64,000 bases of DNA from Candidatus Dormibacteria bacterium (GTDB lineage: Bacteria; Chloroflexota; Dormibacteria; Aeolococcales; Aeolococcaceae): NCBI GenBank assembly GCA_044450385.1, contig JBIOIZ010000004.1:18334-82333 (forward strand), written 5' to 3'. Position 1 is the stretch's first letter, and each line of letters begins with the position of its first letter. Position numbers and translations under genes: made by a program. Below, one piece after another: positions 1 through 8,631 of the stretch. Under the pieces are notes generated by a model. It made no database searches and was not told the DNA's origin. It saw only the letters and a program-made list of their open reading frames with translations.

Positions 1-420
1 ATCAACATCGGCGTCGCCGTGGGGCTGCCGGAGGGTGTGATCGTCCCGGTCATCAAGAACGCCGATCGCCTGTCGATTCCCGAGCTTGCGGTCGCGCTCG
101 GGGATCTCACCGCCCGTGCCCGCGCACGACAACTGGCGACGGCGGACCTCTCCGGCGGAACCTTCACCGTCAACAATTCCGGCTCTCTGGGCACATTGCT
201 GAGCTACTCGGTCATCGCCCCCGGACAATCAGCGGTCGTCACCATGGGTTCGGTTGTGGATCGCCCGGTCGCAGTCAACGGCAAAGCCGAGGTGCGGCCC
301 ATGATGTATCTGAGCCTCAGCCTTGACCACCGGGTGATGGACGGCCTGCAGGCATCATCATTCTTGGGCGCGTGCCGTCAGTGGCTGGAGAGTGTCACGC
401 CCACAGAGCCTGCCGTATGA
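1..420 (+). CDS. 2-oxoacid dehydrogenase E2 (dihydrolipoamide acyltransferase), C-terminal catalytic domain; 5' end outside window
   Basis: Frame is open from base 1 (same frame as ORF 19..420). SLSLDHRVMDG is the conserved catalytic His motif of E2 acyltransferases. Confidence 0.9.
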   Translation: MNIGVAVGLPEGVIVPVIKNADRLSIPELAVALGDLTARARARQLATADLSGGTFTVNNSGSLGTLLSYSVIAPGQSAVVTMGSVVDRPVAVNGKAEVRPMMYLSLSLDHRVMDGLQASSFLGACRQWLESVTPTEPAV

Positions 421-1235
421 AGACGGCGGTCGCAATGGCTGAAGCTGAGGCGGCGCCCGAACGAAGTGCGTCCGCGCTGGCGGTCGAGCGCGCCGCCGAG
501 ATCCTGCTGCTGCTCGCCCAGACGGACACGGGATCGCTGAGCGTCACCGAGCTCGCTCGCGAGACCAAGGCGAGCGGAAGCGCCATCCATCGCATCCTCA
601 CCGCGTTGCGGCGCAAGCAGCTCGTCGACCAGCACCCGGAGACTCAGCGATATGCGCTGAGCTGGCGGATGCTGACGCTGTTCCGTCAGATGAACTCACG
701 GGCGGACCTGCGAGGCGTGGTGTATCCATACATGATCCGCCTGCGCGATCTGACCGCCGAGACGATCACGCTCAACGTCCTCACAGGTTTCGAGCGCGTC
801 TGCATCGAAGCAGTCGAAGGGTCCCATGAGATTCGGTGGGTTGCGAAGATCGGCCAACTCGCGCCGCTCCACAGCGGCGTGACCGGTGAGCTCCTCCTGG
901 CGTACTCCGCGGAGCCCGAACGTCGCGCGTACTGGAGCCACCTGGCGCAGCTCCGCAAGCTGAACGCGGCGATACCATCGCGCGCCATCCTCGGACGCCG
1001 TGTGGAGGCGATTGCCTCTCAGGGATATGCGCTCGCGCAGTCATCGCACGTTCAGGGTATTGACGCAGTTTCTGCGCCAATACTCGGGGCGGATCGACGC
1101 ATTGCTGCCGCGCTCACGATCGCCGGCCCCGCCGAGCGCTGCACGCTCGAGCAGCTCGAGGCGTGGCTTCCGGATCTTCTGGCAGCGGCCGGCGAGGTCT
1201 CCCAGGTCCTGGATAGATCAGCTCCGGCGACCTGA
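417..1235 (+). CDS. IclR-family transcriptional regulator
   Basis: ORF 372..1235. The in-frame ATG at 417 overlaps the E2 stop (ATGA). N-terminal wHTH (SVTELARETKASGSAIHRILTAL) plus an IclR-type effector domain of typical ~270 aa length. Confidence 0.9.
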   Translation: MKTAVAMAEAEAAPERSASALAVERAAEILLLLAQTDTGSLSVTELARETKASGSAIHRILTALRRKQLVDQHPETQRYALSWRMLTLFRQMNSRADLRGVVYPYMIRLRDLTAETITLNVLTGFERVCIEAVEGSHEIRWVAKIGQLAPLHSGVTGELLLAYSAEPERRAYWSHLAQLRKLNAAIPSRAILGRRVEAIASQGYALAQSSHVQGIDAVSAPILGADRRIAAALTIAGPAERCTLEQLEAWLPDLLAAAGEVSQVLDRSAPAT

Positions 1236-1236
1236 C

Positions 1237-1575
1237 CTATGACGTCGTCGCAGTACCCTCGCTGAGCTCGACCGTGAAGTCCATGAGCGGGGCGTATTGC
1301 TGTCCCCCGAACACGTCGGTGTCCCTCGCCGATCCGGAGCTCACCGGTCGCGGAAAGCTGACCTTGATCGCAAGCGCGGTGTCGTGGGCAAACACGAGGA
1401 CCGACGAGGGGTCCTGCCGGTAGCAGGTTGCTACGCGCTCCACGCTGAGCACGTGCTGGTCGCGCACCTGGCGGTAGATCTCCGGGTCGTCGAACATGAC
1501 ATCAAAGGTGAGCCAGAACGGGCCCGCGTTCTTCGATCTGATGAGCTGCGCCAGCTCGCCGAGACGCCTTCGCAC
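1237..1575 (-). CDS. DUF4387-like small protein (usual partner of AtuA/DUF1446 proteins)
   Basis: 112-aa ORF starting 1 nt downstream of the AtuA-like stop. Sequence (AGPFWLTFDVMFDD...VLVFAHDTALAIKVSFPR) matches my recollection of DUF4387. Confidence 0.7.
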   Translation of the reverse strand: MRRRLGELAQLIRSKNAGPFWLTFDVMFDDPEIYRQVRDQHVLSVERVATCYRQDPSSVLVFAHDTALAIKVSFPRPVSSGSARDTDVFGGQQYAPLMDFTVELSEGTATTS

Positions 1576-1576
1576 G

Positions 1577-2932
1577 TCAGACCGTCGTCATTTCGATCGG
1601 AAACAGCGCCGTTGGGGATTCGGGAACGAGCACGTGATTCAGGTGAAACTCGTACACCGGCCCGCGGTCGATCTCAGACGGAGCAAACGGAAACGCCACC
1701 CCGCTGATCAGTCCGTGCCACTCGGGGATCGGATTGTGAACTGCCATGTGCGTCAGGGCGGCCGCGATCGAATGAGAGAGCTCCTGTGATCCGGAGATGA
1801 CATCCCAGAGCAGCATGACCTCGTGGCCTTCGACACGTTGGACTGGCTCGAGCTCTCCCATCACACCGTTTCGCCCGTAGATGCGGGTTGCAATCGTGTA
1901 GGTTTCCGCCGGTGCGAGCGTCTGCCGCAGGCGCGCGGATATCGCCTCGTCGAGCGTTGCCAGCCACGCGTCGAGCTGGTTGATGATCAGCGGATCGCGA
2001 ATGGCGCCGGGAATGACCGTCGAGTAGCCAATCCTTCGTGCGCCCTCCAGCTTGACGGTGTACTCGGCGGCCGCGTGAAACCTGGACCCCGAGATGCGGA
2101 CCGCGCGATCTGATATGGCGTCATATCGTGACTGCAGCGTGTCCAGGACACCTGACGGCTCGATGAGGTTGAACGGGTCCGCGTTCTCGTACAGCGTGTG
2201 TGATGCAACGCTCTGGGGCGTGCAGCGGTAGTCAGCGCGCAGCGGCTCGATGTCGACGCCACTTCCGTGCATCTCTGCCAGCATGCTGTCCGGTGCGGTG
2301 CGCTGCACGACGGCCGCGGCGCCGCATTCGAGGATCTTCCCCGCATGCCAGCACAGCCCCGGGTGGTGGCCGGCGAGCAGCGGAAGCGCTGCAAAGATGG
2401 AGGCGTCGCTCGCGCGCCCAGCGACGACAACATCAGCCCCCCGCGACAGTGCCTCCTGGATCGGCTCCGCGCCCATCATCGCAACCATGTGCAGCGACGA
2501 ATCGATGGCTTCGCCGGTGAGCTCCTCCGTGCGCGGCAGCGCGCGCACCCGGCCTTGCGCCAGGAACTCGTGGATCACGTGCTTCGGCTGCTCCGCATGG
2601 ATCTGCGCAAGACTGAAATGCAGGCCGAGTTCGTCCGCGATCTCGCGAACGACGTCGCTCATCCATGCAACCCCGGAGTCACTCCCTGCTCCGCCGGCCG
2701 AGCCGATCACCACCGGAATCCTGGTGCGACGGGCTTGTTCGATCATGATTCCCAGGTCTCTCTTGACTGAGGCCCGAGAGAAATGCGACCGCCCGGTTGC
2801 GAGGAGATGGGGCCCGAAGTCGGTCGTCCCGGAGTCGCAGCCGATCATCGCAGCGCCCTCATCGACACCTCGAACAATCGAGCTCTCGAGGAAGCCCGAG
2901 CCGAGCATTCCGGTCGCCGCCAGCAGCTTCAC
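1577..2932 (-). CDS. AtuA-like (DUF1446, acyclic terpene utilisation family) protein
   Basis: ORF 1577..3028. The first ~32 codons (MEYYSNNGG...) run through the intergenic palindrome, so I prefer GTG at 2932 (VKLLAATGMLGSGF...). Size and DUF4387 adjacency fit the AtuA family. Confidence 0.7.
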   Translation of the reverse strand: MKLLAATGMLGSGFLESSIVRGVDEGAAMIGCDSGTTDFGPHLLATGRSHFSRASVKRDLGIMIEQARRTRIPVVIGSAGGAGSDSGVAWMSDVVREIADELGLHFSLAQIHAEQPKHVIHEFLAQGRVRALPRTEELTGEAIDSSLHMVAMMGAEPIQEALSRGADVVVAGRASDASIFAALPLLAGHHPGLCWHAGKILECGAAAVVQRTAPDSMLAEMHGSGVDIEPLRADYRCTPQSVASHTLYENADPFNLIEPSGVLDTLQSRYDAISDRAVRISGSRFHAAAEYTVKLEGARRIGYSTVIPGAIRDPLIINQLDAWLATLDEAISARLRQTLAPAETYTIATRIYGRNGVMGELEPVQRVEGHEVMLLWDVISGSQELSHSIAAALTHMAVHNPIPEWHGLISGVAFPFAPSEIDRGPVYEFHLNHVLVPESPTALFPIEMTTV

Positions 2933-3011
2933 TGCGCGGTCACCGGCATCGAGATGGTGCTGCCCGGCCGATCTCCCTGTGCGAACGTGGCACGTGCAAG
3001 AGCCGCCATTG

Positions 3012-3026
3012 TTGGAATAGTATTCC
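3012..3026. promoter_or_regulatory. 15-bp perfect palindrome TGGAATAgTATTCCA; IclR-box-like operator candidate in a divergent promoter region
   Basis: Read directly from the sequence. Lies between the AtuA-like gene (-) and the HpcH-like gene (+). Resembles the E. coli IclR box TGGAAATNATTTCCA. Confidence 0.5.
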
Positions 3027-3104
3027 ACATAGAGTTGGCTTCGGTCACCGGCTCGGTATCACGCCCGGCCACGTGCTGACGGGCGGTGCCCCAGGAGGCA
3101 TCAC

Positions 3105-3905
3105 GTGCGAAATCGACTGCTCGAGGATCTTGAGGCGGGACGAACGAGCCTCGGCCTCTGGGTGAACAGTGCAGACATGGTCGACCTCTGCGGATACGTC
3201 GGATTTCGATGGGTGATGATCGACCAGATGTTCAGCTCGCACGACTGGCATCAGACGTCTGCGCTGATCACGGCCGCTGAGGCCGCTGAGATCACACCGG
3301 TTGTGCGAATTCAGAGCAACCCATGGCTGGGCTACGACCACCGGATCGCGCCCGACGTCGCGCGCGCGATCGGTGTTGGCGCGCAGTTCATGCTGGTGTC
3401 GAACTCGGACAAGCGTGAGATCGACGAATGCGTGGTGGCCGCTCGCGACTGGCATCGCAAAGGTCTGGTGATACATCGCGGTCGCGAGCGGGACGAGGGC
3501 GGGCCAAAGCCCGACCACCGCGATCGAGCCTACGTGATTCCGCAGCCCGAGACGCTGGGGGCTCTCGACTCCCTCGATGAGATGATCGCGGATCCAGAGA
3601 TCCGCATTGTGTTCATCGCGATGAGCGATGCATCACGCATCATCTCAGGCTCGGAGCAGCCCGATTTCTACAACGCCAGGCTCTGGGAATACGTGGATCG
3701 TGCCGTCGAACTTGGGCGCCAGCATGGCGTCACCATCGGGGCAAACACCAGCTACGCGTACACGCTGGACGAGATGCGCAAGCGCGTCGTCATGCTGCAC
3801 GAGCGGGGCGTCCGGATGATCATGATGCAGGGCGTCAACTTCATCTTTCAGATCGTCGCCGAGGAGCTCCTCGCGGACCTGCGGCCCGTGCTCGCAGGCA
3901 GCTGA
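3105..3905 (+). CDS. HpcH/HpaI-family aldolase-like protein
   Basis: GTG start preceded by AGGAGG (3093-3098). N-terminal pattern LGLWVNSADMVDLCGYVGFRWVMID and PVVRIQSN are typical of HpaI/HpcH TIM-barrel aldolases. Confidence 0.85.
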   Translation: MRNRLLEDLEAGRTSLGLWVNSADMVDLCGYVGFRWVMIDQMFSSHDWHQTSALITAAEAAEITPVVRIQSNPWLGYDHRIAPDVARAIGVGAQFMLVSNSDKREIDECVVAARDWHRKGLVIHRGRERDEGGPKPDHRDRAYVIPQPETLGALDSLDEMIADPEIRIVFIAMSDASRIISGSEQPDFYNARLWEYVDRAVELGRQHGVTIGANTSYAYTLDEMRKRVVMLHERGVRMIMMQGVNFIFQIVAEELLADLRPVLAGS

Positions 3906-3907
3906 CG

Positions 3908-4435
3908 ATGAGTGCTCCCGCCACCGTCAGCTGGGCTGGACGCTATTTCGAGGACTTCACCGTCGGCGATGTCTATCGCCACCCGCTCGGGCGCACGGTC
4001 ACGGGCACCGACAACATCTGGTTCACGCTGCTCACGCAGAACACGGCGTCCACGCATTTCGACCACCACTACGCTGCTCAGACCGAATTCGGGCGACCGA
4101 TCGTGAACTCAACATTCACATTGGCATTGGTCACTGGACAGAGCGTCAGCGATGTCTCACAGAACGTCATGGCAAACCTGGCCTGGGATGATGTTCGCCT
4201 CCCCCACCCGGTGTTCGAGGGAGACACGATCTATTCACAGAGCGAGGTGCTCGAGGCTCGCGCCTCCAGGTCTCGGCCCAACGTCGGCATCGTGACCGTG
4301 CGAACGACGGGATTCAACCAGGAGGGCACGGTCGTGATCACCTATCGGCGCACGGTCATGGTGTATCGGCGTGGCCACGGACCCACGCTCCCCCGTCTCG
4401 ATGTGGACGGGAACCGTGACGACAACGACGGGTAG
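3908..4435 (+). CDS. MaoC-like hot-dog enoyl-CoA hydratase/dehydratase (itaconyl-CoA hydratase-like)
   Basis: 175 aa. YFEDFTVGD...TLLTQNTASTHFDHHYA...FGRPIVNSTFTLALVTG is a typical MaoC dehydratase signature. Confidence 0.85.
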   Translation: MSAPATVSWAGRYFEDFTVGDVYRHPLGRTVTGTDNIWFTLLTQNTASTHFDHHYAAQTEFGRPIVNSTFTLALVTGQSVSDVSQNVMANLAWDDVRLPHPVFEGDTIYSQSEVLEARASRSRPNVGIVTVRTTGFNQEGTVVITYRRTVMVYRRGHGPTLPRLDVDGNRDDNDG

Positions 4436-5639
4436 TCGCGCCGGCATCCTTGCCGGGATGCGTGTCGTGGAGATCTCCGCGTTCGTCGCGGTGCCGCTGG
4501 CGGGCGCGACCCTTGCATCGCTGGGAGCGGACGTCATTCGCATCGATCCCATCGGCGGAGGAATCGACGGCGGCCGGTGGCCGCTGTGGCGCGGGGTGAG
4601 CCTGTACTGGGCAGGCCTCAATCAAGGGAAACGATCGGTGACGCTCGATCTTCGCGACGAGCGCGGCCAGGAGATCGCGCGGCAGCTAGTGGCGTCGGGT
4701 GGCAGAGACGGAGGGCTCGTGCTCACCAATCTCGATGCCCAGGGCGGCCTGTCGTATCAGCGTCTGCGCGAGTCGCGACCCGATGTGATCATGGTGCGCT
4801 TGACCGGAAAGCGCGACGGCTCCCCGGCGGTCGACTACACGGTGAACGCGACTCTCGGATTTCCACTGGTCACCGGATCGGACCCCGACGGGCCGCCGGT
4901 CAACCACGTGATGCCTGCCTGGGATGGGATGGCCGGGCACCTGCTGACCACCGGTCTCCTGGCAGCGGAGCGCCACAGATCACGCACCGGCGATGGCCAG
5001 CTGGTCAGCGTCAGCCTCGCCGATATCGCACTGGCGTACGCATCTCGCCTCGGCATCATCGCTGAAGGCGTCCTGGACCCCGAGCCCCGGCGGCGCGACG
5101 GGAACTACATCTATGGCACCTTCGGCAAGGACTTCCGAACCCGGGACGGACGGTACGTCATGGTCGTCGCCCTGACGCCCGGCCAGTGGCATCGCTTGCA
5201 GCGAGCAACCTCGCTCGAGGATGAGCTCGATGCGCTTGGGGACAAGCTCCAGGTCGACCTCGATGACGAAGGCGAGCGCTGGAATGCGAGATACGCGATC
5301 GCCGCGCTGATCGGGGACTGGACCTCGGCGCATGACCTCGCGGACATCCGCGATCGGTTCGATGCCCATGGCGTGCTCTGGAGTGCCTATCAGACCTTCA
5401 CCGACCTGGCCCGCGACCCCGAGGCGTCGCCGGTGAATCCCATGTTTTCAATGGTCTCGCAGCCAGGTGTCGGCGACTACCCCATGGCTTCCACGCCATT
5501 TGACTTCAGCGATTTCGGTCGTGCCGCCGCGTCGACTCCCCCGCGCGTCGGCCAGGACACCGAGGCGGTGCTCAGCGAGGTACTCGGCATGTCGAAAGAC
5601 GCGATCGGGCAACTCCGCACCCAGGGAGTTGCCGGCTGA
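4401..5639 (+). CDS. Family III CoA-transferase (CaiB/BaiF)
   Basis: LAGMRVVEISAFVAVPLAGATLASLGADVIRID is the canonical N-terminus. ORF track starts at 4371; in-frame ATG 4401 or GTG 4416 reduce the overlap with the MaoC gene. Confidence 0.9.
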   Translation: MWTGTVTTTTGSRAGILAGMRVVEISAFVAVPLAGATLASLGADVIRIDPIGGGIDGGRWPLWRGVSLYWAGLNQGKRSVTLDLRDERGQEIARQLVASGGRDGGLVLTNLDAQGGLSYQRLRESRPDVIMVRLTGKRDGSPAVDYTVNATLGFPLVTGSDPDGPPVNHVMPAWDGMAGHLLTTGLLAAERHRSRTGDGQLVSVSLADIALAYASRLGIIAEGVLDPEPRRRDGNYIYGTFGKDFRTRDGRYVMVVALTPGQWHRLQRATSLEDELDALGDKLQVDLDDEGERWNARYAIAALIGDWTSAHDLADIRDRFDAHGVLWSAYQTFTDLARDPEASPVNPMFSMVSQPGVGDYPMASTPFDFSDFGRAAASTPPRVGQDTEAVLSEVLGMSKDAIGQLRTQGVAG

Positions 5640-5640
5640 T

Positions 5641-5655
5641 CCTATATACTATAGG
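5641..5655 (+). promoter_or_regulatory. AT-rich heptad element, site a: CCTATATACTATAGG
   Basis: Immediately after the CoA-transferase stop and ~70 nt upstream of the next start. Member of the recurrent (CCTATAT)x2 motif family. Confidence 0.45.
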
Positions 5656-5724
5656 TGTGGTGATCCTCGTTGGACGACTGCCGCGCACCTGCAGGAGCGT
5701 CGTCCGCAACGGGGAACCGTGGCC

Positions 5725-6423
5725 ATGAGTTCGCCGGGCATGCTGATGGTCTTGATGGAGCCCGCCGCCGGAGAGGAGGCGGCCTTCCACGATTGGTTTG
5801 ACCTCGAACTCGTGCCTGATCACACCCGCGTGGCCGGGTTCCAGGCAGCAACCCGCTGGGTGTGCACCGATGGTTGGCCTCGTTACATGTCGTGCTATGA
5901 CGTCGACCCCTTCGACACGCTGGAGGAAGACGCATATCGCTCGATCACCGGTCAGAATTTCTCCCCGTGGAGCCAGTGGATGCTGTCACGGGTGTTCGGA
6001 CGCCAGCGACTCGTGCTCCGTGAGGTGACCAGCGGTCGCAGACACACTCCGGAAATCGCCTGGGGCCTGGTGATGCTCCGTTTCCGCGGTCATCGCGGCG
6101 CGTCGCTCGAGCGAATCCTCGGCCGCCTCGCGCTGCCCTCAATGTGCCAGGCGCGGGTCTTCGAGACCGCGCGTCGCTCGCAGGAGGAGAGCGCGATCAT
6201 CATCGACGCTCCCGCGGCAGCGCTCATCCCCACCTGGCCGGCCGCCGAGCTGGCTGAGACTCTCGCGGCTGATGCCGCATCGCTGATGGGCGTGTGGCGA
6301 TACGTGCGTTATGTGCGGAGTCAGTCGGTATGGCGCTGGGAGGAGCATGCCTCCGCTGACGCGCGTCGCGAAGCCCCGCCGGCACAGAGCGACGCTCGAG
6401 GTACCGATGACGTCCCTGCCTGA
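5725..6423 (+). CDS. Hypothetical protein (possibly tandem ferredoxin-like/dimeric alpha-beta-barrel fold)
   Basis: ORF 5467..6423. The upstream part overlaps the CoA-transferase, so ATG 5725 (or GTG 5719) is preferred. No confident family match by eye. Confidence 0.55.
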   Translation: MSSPGMLMVLMEPAAGEEAAFHDWFDLELVPDHTRVAGFQAATRWVCTDGWPRYMSCYDVDPFDTLEEDAYRSITGQNFSPWSQWMLSRVFGRQRLVLREVTSGRRHTPEIAWGLVMLRFRGHRGASLERILGRLALPSMCQARVFETARRSQEESAIIIDAPAAALIPTWPAAELAETLAADAASLMGVWRYVRYVRSQSVWRWEEHASADARREAPPAQSDARGTDDVPA

Positions 6424-6859
6424 GCCGTCGCTGTTCCTCCGTGGCGCCTCCCTGACCAGCCTCTCGCGTGGCAACGGCGTGAGCAGCCTCCCATACGTTG
6501 GGAAGTGGAACTCTCGGGTTTCGAGCGTGACGACCGGAATCACTCGAATCCCGCCGGGACAGGGCATTCCGCTCCACACCCACAACGTCGAGGAAACGGT
6601 GCTCGTGCTCGCGGGCGCGGCCACCGTCACGGTTGGCGATGCCGAGATGACGGCTGTCGCAGGTGATGCAACCTGGGTTCCAGCAACGGTGCCGCATCGC
6701 TTCGTCAACGCCGGCACCGAACTGCTCGAGATCTACTGGGTGTACGCGGGACTCCACGTCACACGGACCATATGTGCTACAGGAGAAACCACCGACCACC
6801 TGTCTGGCGGCAACGCCGGGAGTGAACCACCGCGCCATGACGACAAGCGCAACGCCTGA
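6407..6859 (+). CDS. Cupin-domain protein
   Basis: GQGIPLHTHNVEETVLVLAG ... WVPATVPHRFVNAG are the two cupin motifs. ATG 6407 is in frame with ORF 6311..6859. Confidence 0.85.
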   Translation: MTSLPEPSLFLRGASLTSLSRGNGVSSLPYVGKWNSRVSSVTTGITRIPPGQGIPLHTHNVEETVLVLAGAATVTVGDAEMTAVAGDATWVPATVPHRFVNAGTELLEIYWVYAGLHVTRTICATGETTDHLSGGNAGSEPPRHDDKRNA

Positions 6860-8081
6860 GCTGCCGCAGGGGGAAGGTGTCCTGGCGGGGATCCGAGTCC
6901 TCGATCTCGGCCATTTCATTGCAGGGCCATATGCCGCGACCATCCTTGCGGACCTCGGCGCCGACGTCATCAAGATCGAGGACCCCGATCGAATGGACGA
7001 CGCGCGGGCCACCGGTCCGCATTTCCAGGAAGGCGAATCGGTGTACTTCCTCTCGTTGAACTGGGGCAAGCGGTCGCTCGCGGTGCGCATGTCGAGCGCG
7101 CGCGGCCACGCCGTCATGCTTGATCTCGCCCGCTCTGCTGATGTCGTCCTCGACAATTACAAGCCCGGGGTGATGGCCAAGCTCGGTCTCGATCACGAGC
7201 AACTCATGGGTGTCAACCCTCGCCTGGTCACGTGTTCGCTCACGGGCTTTGGTGAGACGGGCAGCCTGTCGGACAGGCCGGGCTACGACTACACAGTCCA
7301 GGCGCTCGCTGGAGCGATGAGCCTCACTGGAGAGCCTGATGGTCCGCCTGCAAAGGCCGGCATCTCCTACGTGGACCACAGTGGGGGCCTCACGGCTGCG
7401 CTTGCGATCTGTGCGGCGCTCGTCGAGCGAGATCGGTCCGGTCGCGGAAGGCACATCGATCTTGGACTGTTCGACACACAGATCTCGATGCTCACCTATC
7501 TTGCCGGTTGGACACTCAACAGCAACGCGCGCCTCGAACGCACGGCCCATTCAGCGCATCAATCCATGGTGCCCGCGCAGAATTTTGCGACCAGTGACGG
7601 ATGGATCTCCGTGTTCGCAGGACACGACCGGAACTGGCAGAACCTCACCCTCGCGCTCAGCGATGGACGCCTCACGGATCCCGCATACGCAACGAGCGCG
7701 GGACGTCTTGCCCACCGCACCGAGGTGCTCGCGCTCATCGCCGAGGATTTCGCCAACCTGACAACTGAGCAATCCATCGAGCTCCTGGTGGCGCGTGGCG
7801 TGCCCTGTGCTCCGCTCAACACGGTGGCGCAGGCACTCGACTCTCCAACCGTCGGCGAGCGGGGCCTGATCCAGGGGATTGACCACCCCCGCTATGGACG
7901 CTTCCGCCACGTGGCCGGTCCCGTGCCGGCGCTCGGCGGCCATTCCACCTCTGGCGCACCGCTCCTCGGTGAGCATTCGATCGACGTGCTTCGGGACATC
8001 GGCTATGAATCCGCCGCGATCGACGAGCTGGTTGAGGACGGCACGGTCATGGCAGCCCAGGCTGCGGAGGTGCGGCCATGA
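6837..8081 (+). CDS. Family III CoA-transferase (CaiB/BaiF)
   Basis: LAGIRVLDLGHFIAGPYAATILADLGADVIKIE. ATG 6837 is in frame with ORF 6663..8081. Confidence 0.9.
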   Translation: MTTSATPELPQGEGVLAGIRVLDLGHFIAGPYAATILADLGADVIKIEDPDRMDDARATGPHFQEGESVYFLSLNWGKRSLAVRMSSARGHAVMLDLARSADVVLDNYKPGVMAKLGLDHEQLMGVNPRLVTCSLTGFGETGSLSDRPGYDYTVQALAGAMSLTGEPDGPPAKAGISYVDHSGGLTAALAICAALVERDRSGRGRHIDLGLFDTQISMLTYLAGWTLNSNARLERTAHSAHQSMVPAQNFATSDGWISVFAGHDRNWQNLTLALSDGRLTDPAYATSAGRLAHRTEVLALIAEDFANLTTEQSIELLVARGVPCAPLNTVAQALDSPTVGERGLIQGIDHPRYGRFRHVAGPVPALGGHSTSGAPLLGEHSIDVLRDIGYESAAIDELVEDGTVMAAQAAEVRP

Positions 8082-8629
8082 AACAGCCGCTCGACGTGCC
8101 CGCGCTGTTTCCGGAGCTTGCGGGCATCTCGGATGCCCAGCTGCGCAGCGGTGTGGAAGCCGTCTGGGCGGAGCTCTGGGAGGCGTCACCGTTCGAATCA
8201 ATCGACGACGTACCGACGTCACCGGAGATCCCCGGATCGCACGTCCGCCACTGTCATGCCGTCCTCGCTCTTGCACTCGCGGCCGCAGACGTCTTCGAGA
8301 AACATCACGGCGTCGTGGTGAACCGCGATCTGCTCATCGCAGCCGGCCTGCTCCAGGATGTCTCCAAGCTCGTCGAGTACGAACCAGACGGCGAGTCGAA
8401 TGGGTACACCGACGCCGGACGCCGGTATCCGCACGGCTTCCTCGGTGCGCACGCCGCGCTGCGCCACGGCCTGCCCGCCGAGGTGTGCGAGATCATCCTC
8501 ACCCACAGCCCGACGGCGACGCAATTTCCGGCGTCGCTCGAGGGCAAGATCCTGTACTACGCGGATCAACTCGATGTGATCGCCATTTTCGGGGACCGCT
8601 GGTACAAGATGCTGATGATCACCAAATAG
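8078..8629 (+). CDS. HD-domain-like protein with degenerate signature (QD instead of HD)
   Basis: ATGA overlap with the upstream gene. H..H...LALALAAADV ... LLIAAGLLQDVSKL ... ILTHS follows HD-domain spacing, but the His of the HD doublet is Gln (codons 8354-8359). Confidence 0.65.
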   Translation: MKQPLDVPALFPELAGISDAQLRSGVEAVWAELWEASPFESIDDVPTSPEIPGSHVRHCHAVLALALAAADVFEKHHGVVVNRDLLIAAGLLQDVSKLVEYEPDGESNGYTDAGRRYPHGFLGAHAALRHGLPAEVCEIILTHSPTATQFPASLEGKILYYADQLDVIAIFGDRWYKMLMITK

Positions 8630-8631
8630 CA

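Noticed and set aside
2933-3028. MEYYSNNGGSCTCHV... start of the AtuA-like ORF
   Set aside because: It runs through the 15-bp palindrome and the divergent promoter region and is not family-like. GTG 2932 is preferred, though this is unproven.
7879-8631. N-terminal 251 codons of ORF 7879..9147. Similar N-terminal extensions occur in ORFs 372.., 5467.., 6311.., 6663.., 18937.., 24882.., 32130.., 49697.. and 40109 (minus).
   Set aside because: The extensions overlap upstream genes in another frame and have non-protein-like composition. In-frame internal starts coincide with family-typical N-termini, with ATGA/GTGA overlaps, or with Shine-Dalgarno sequences.
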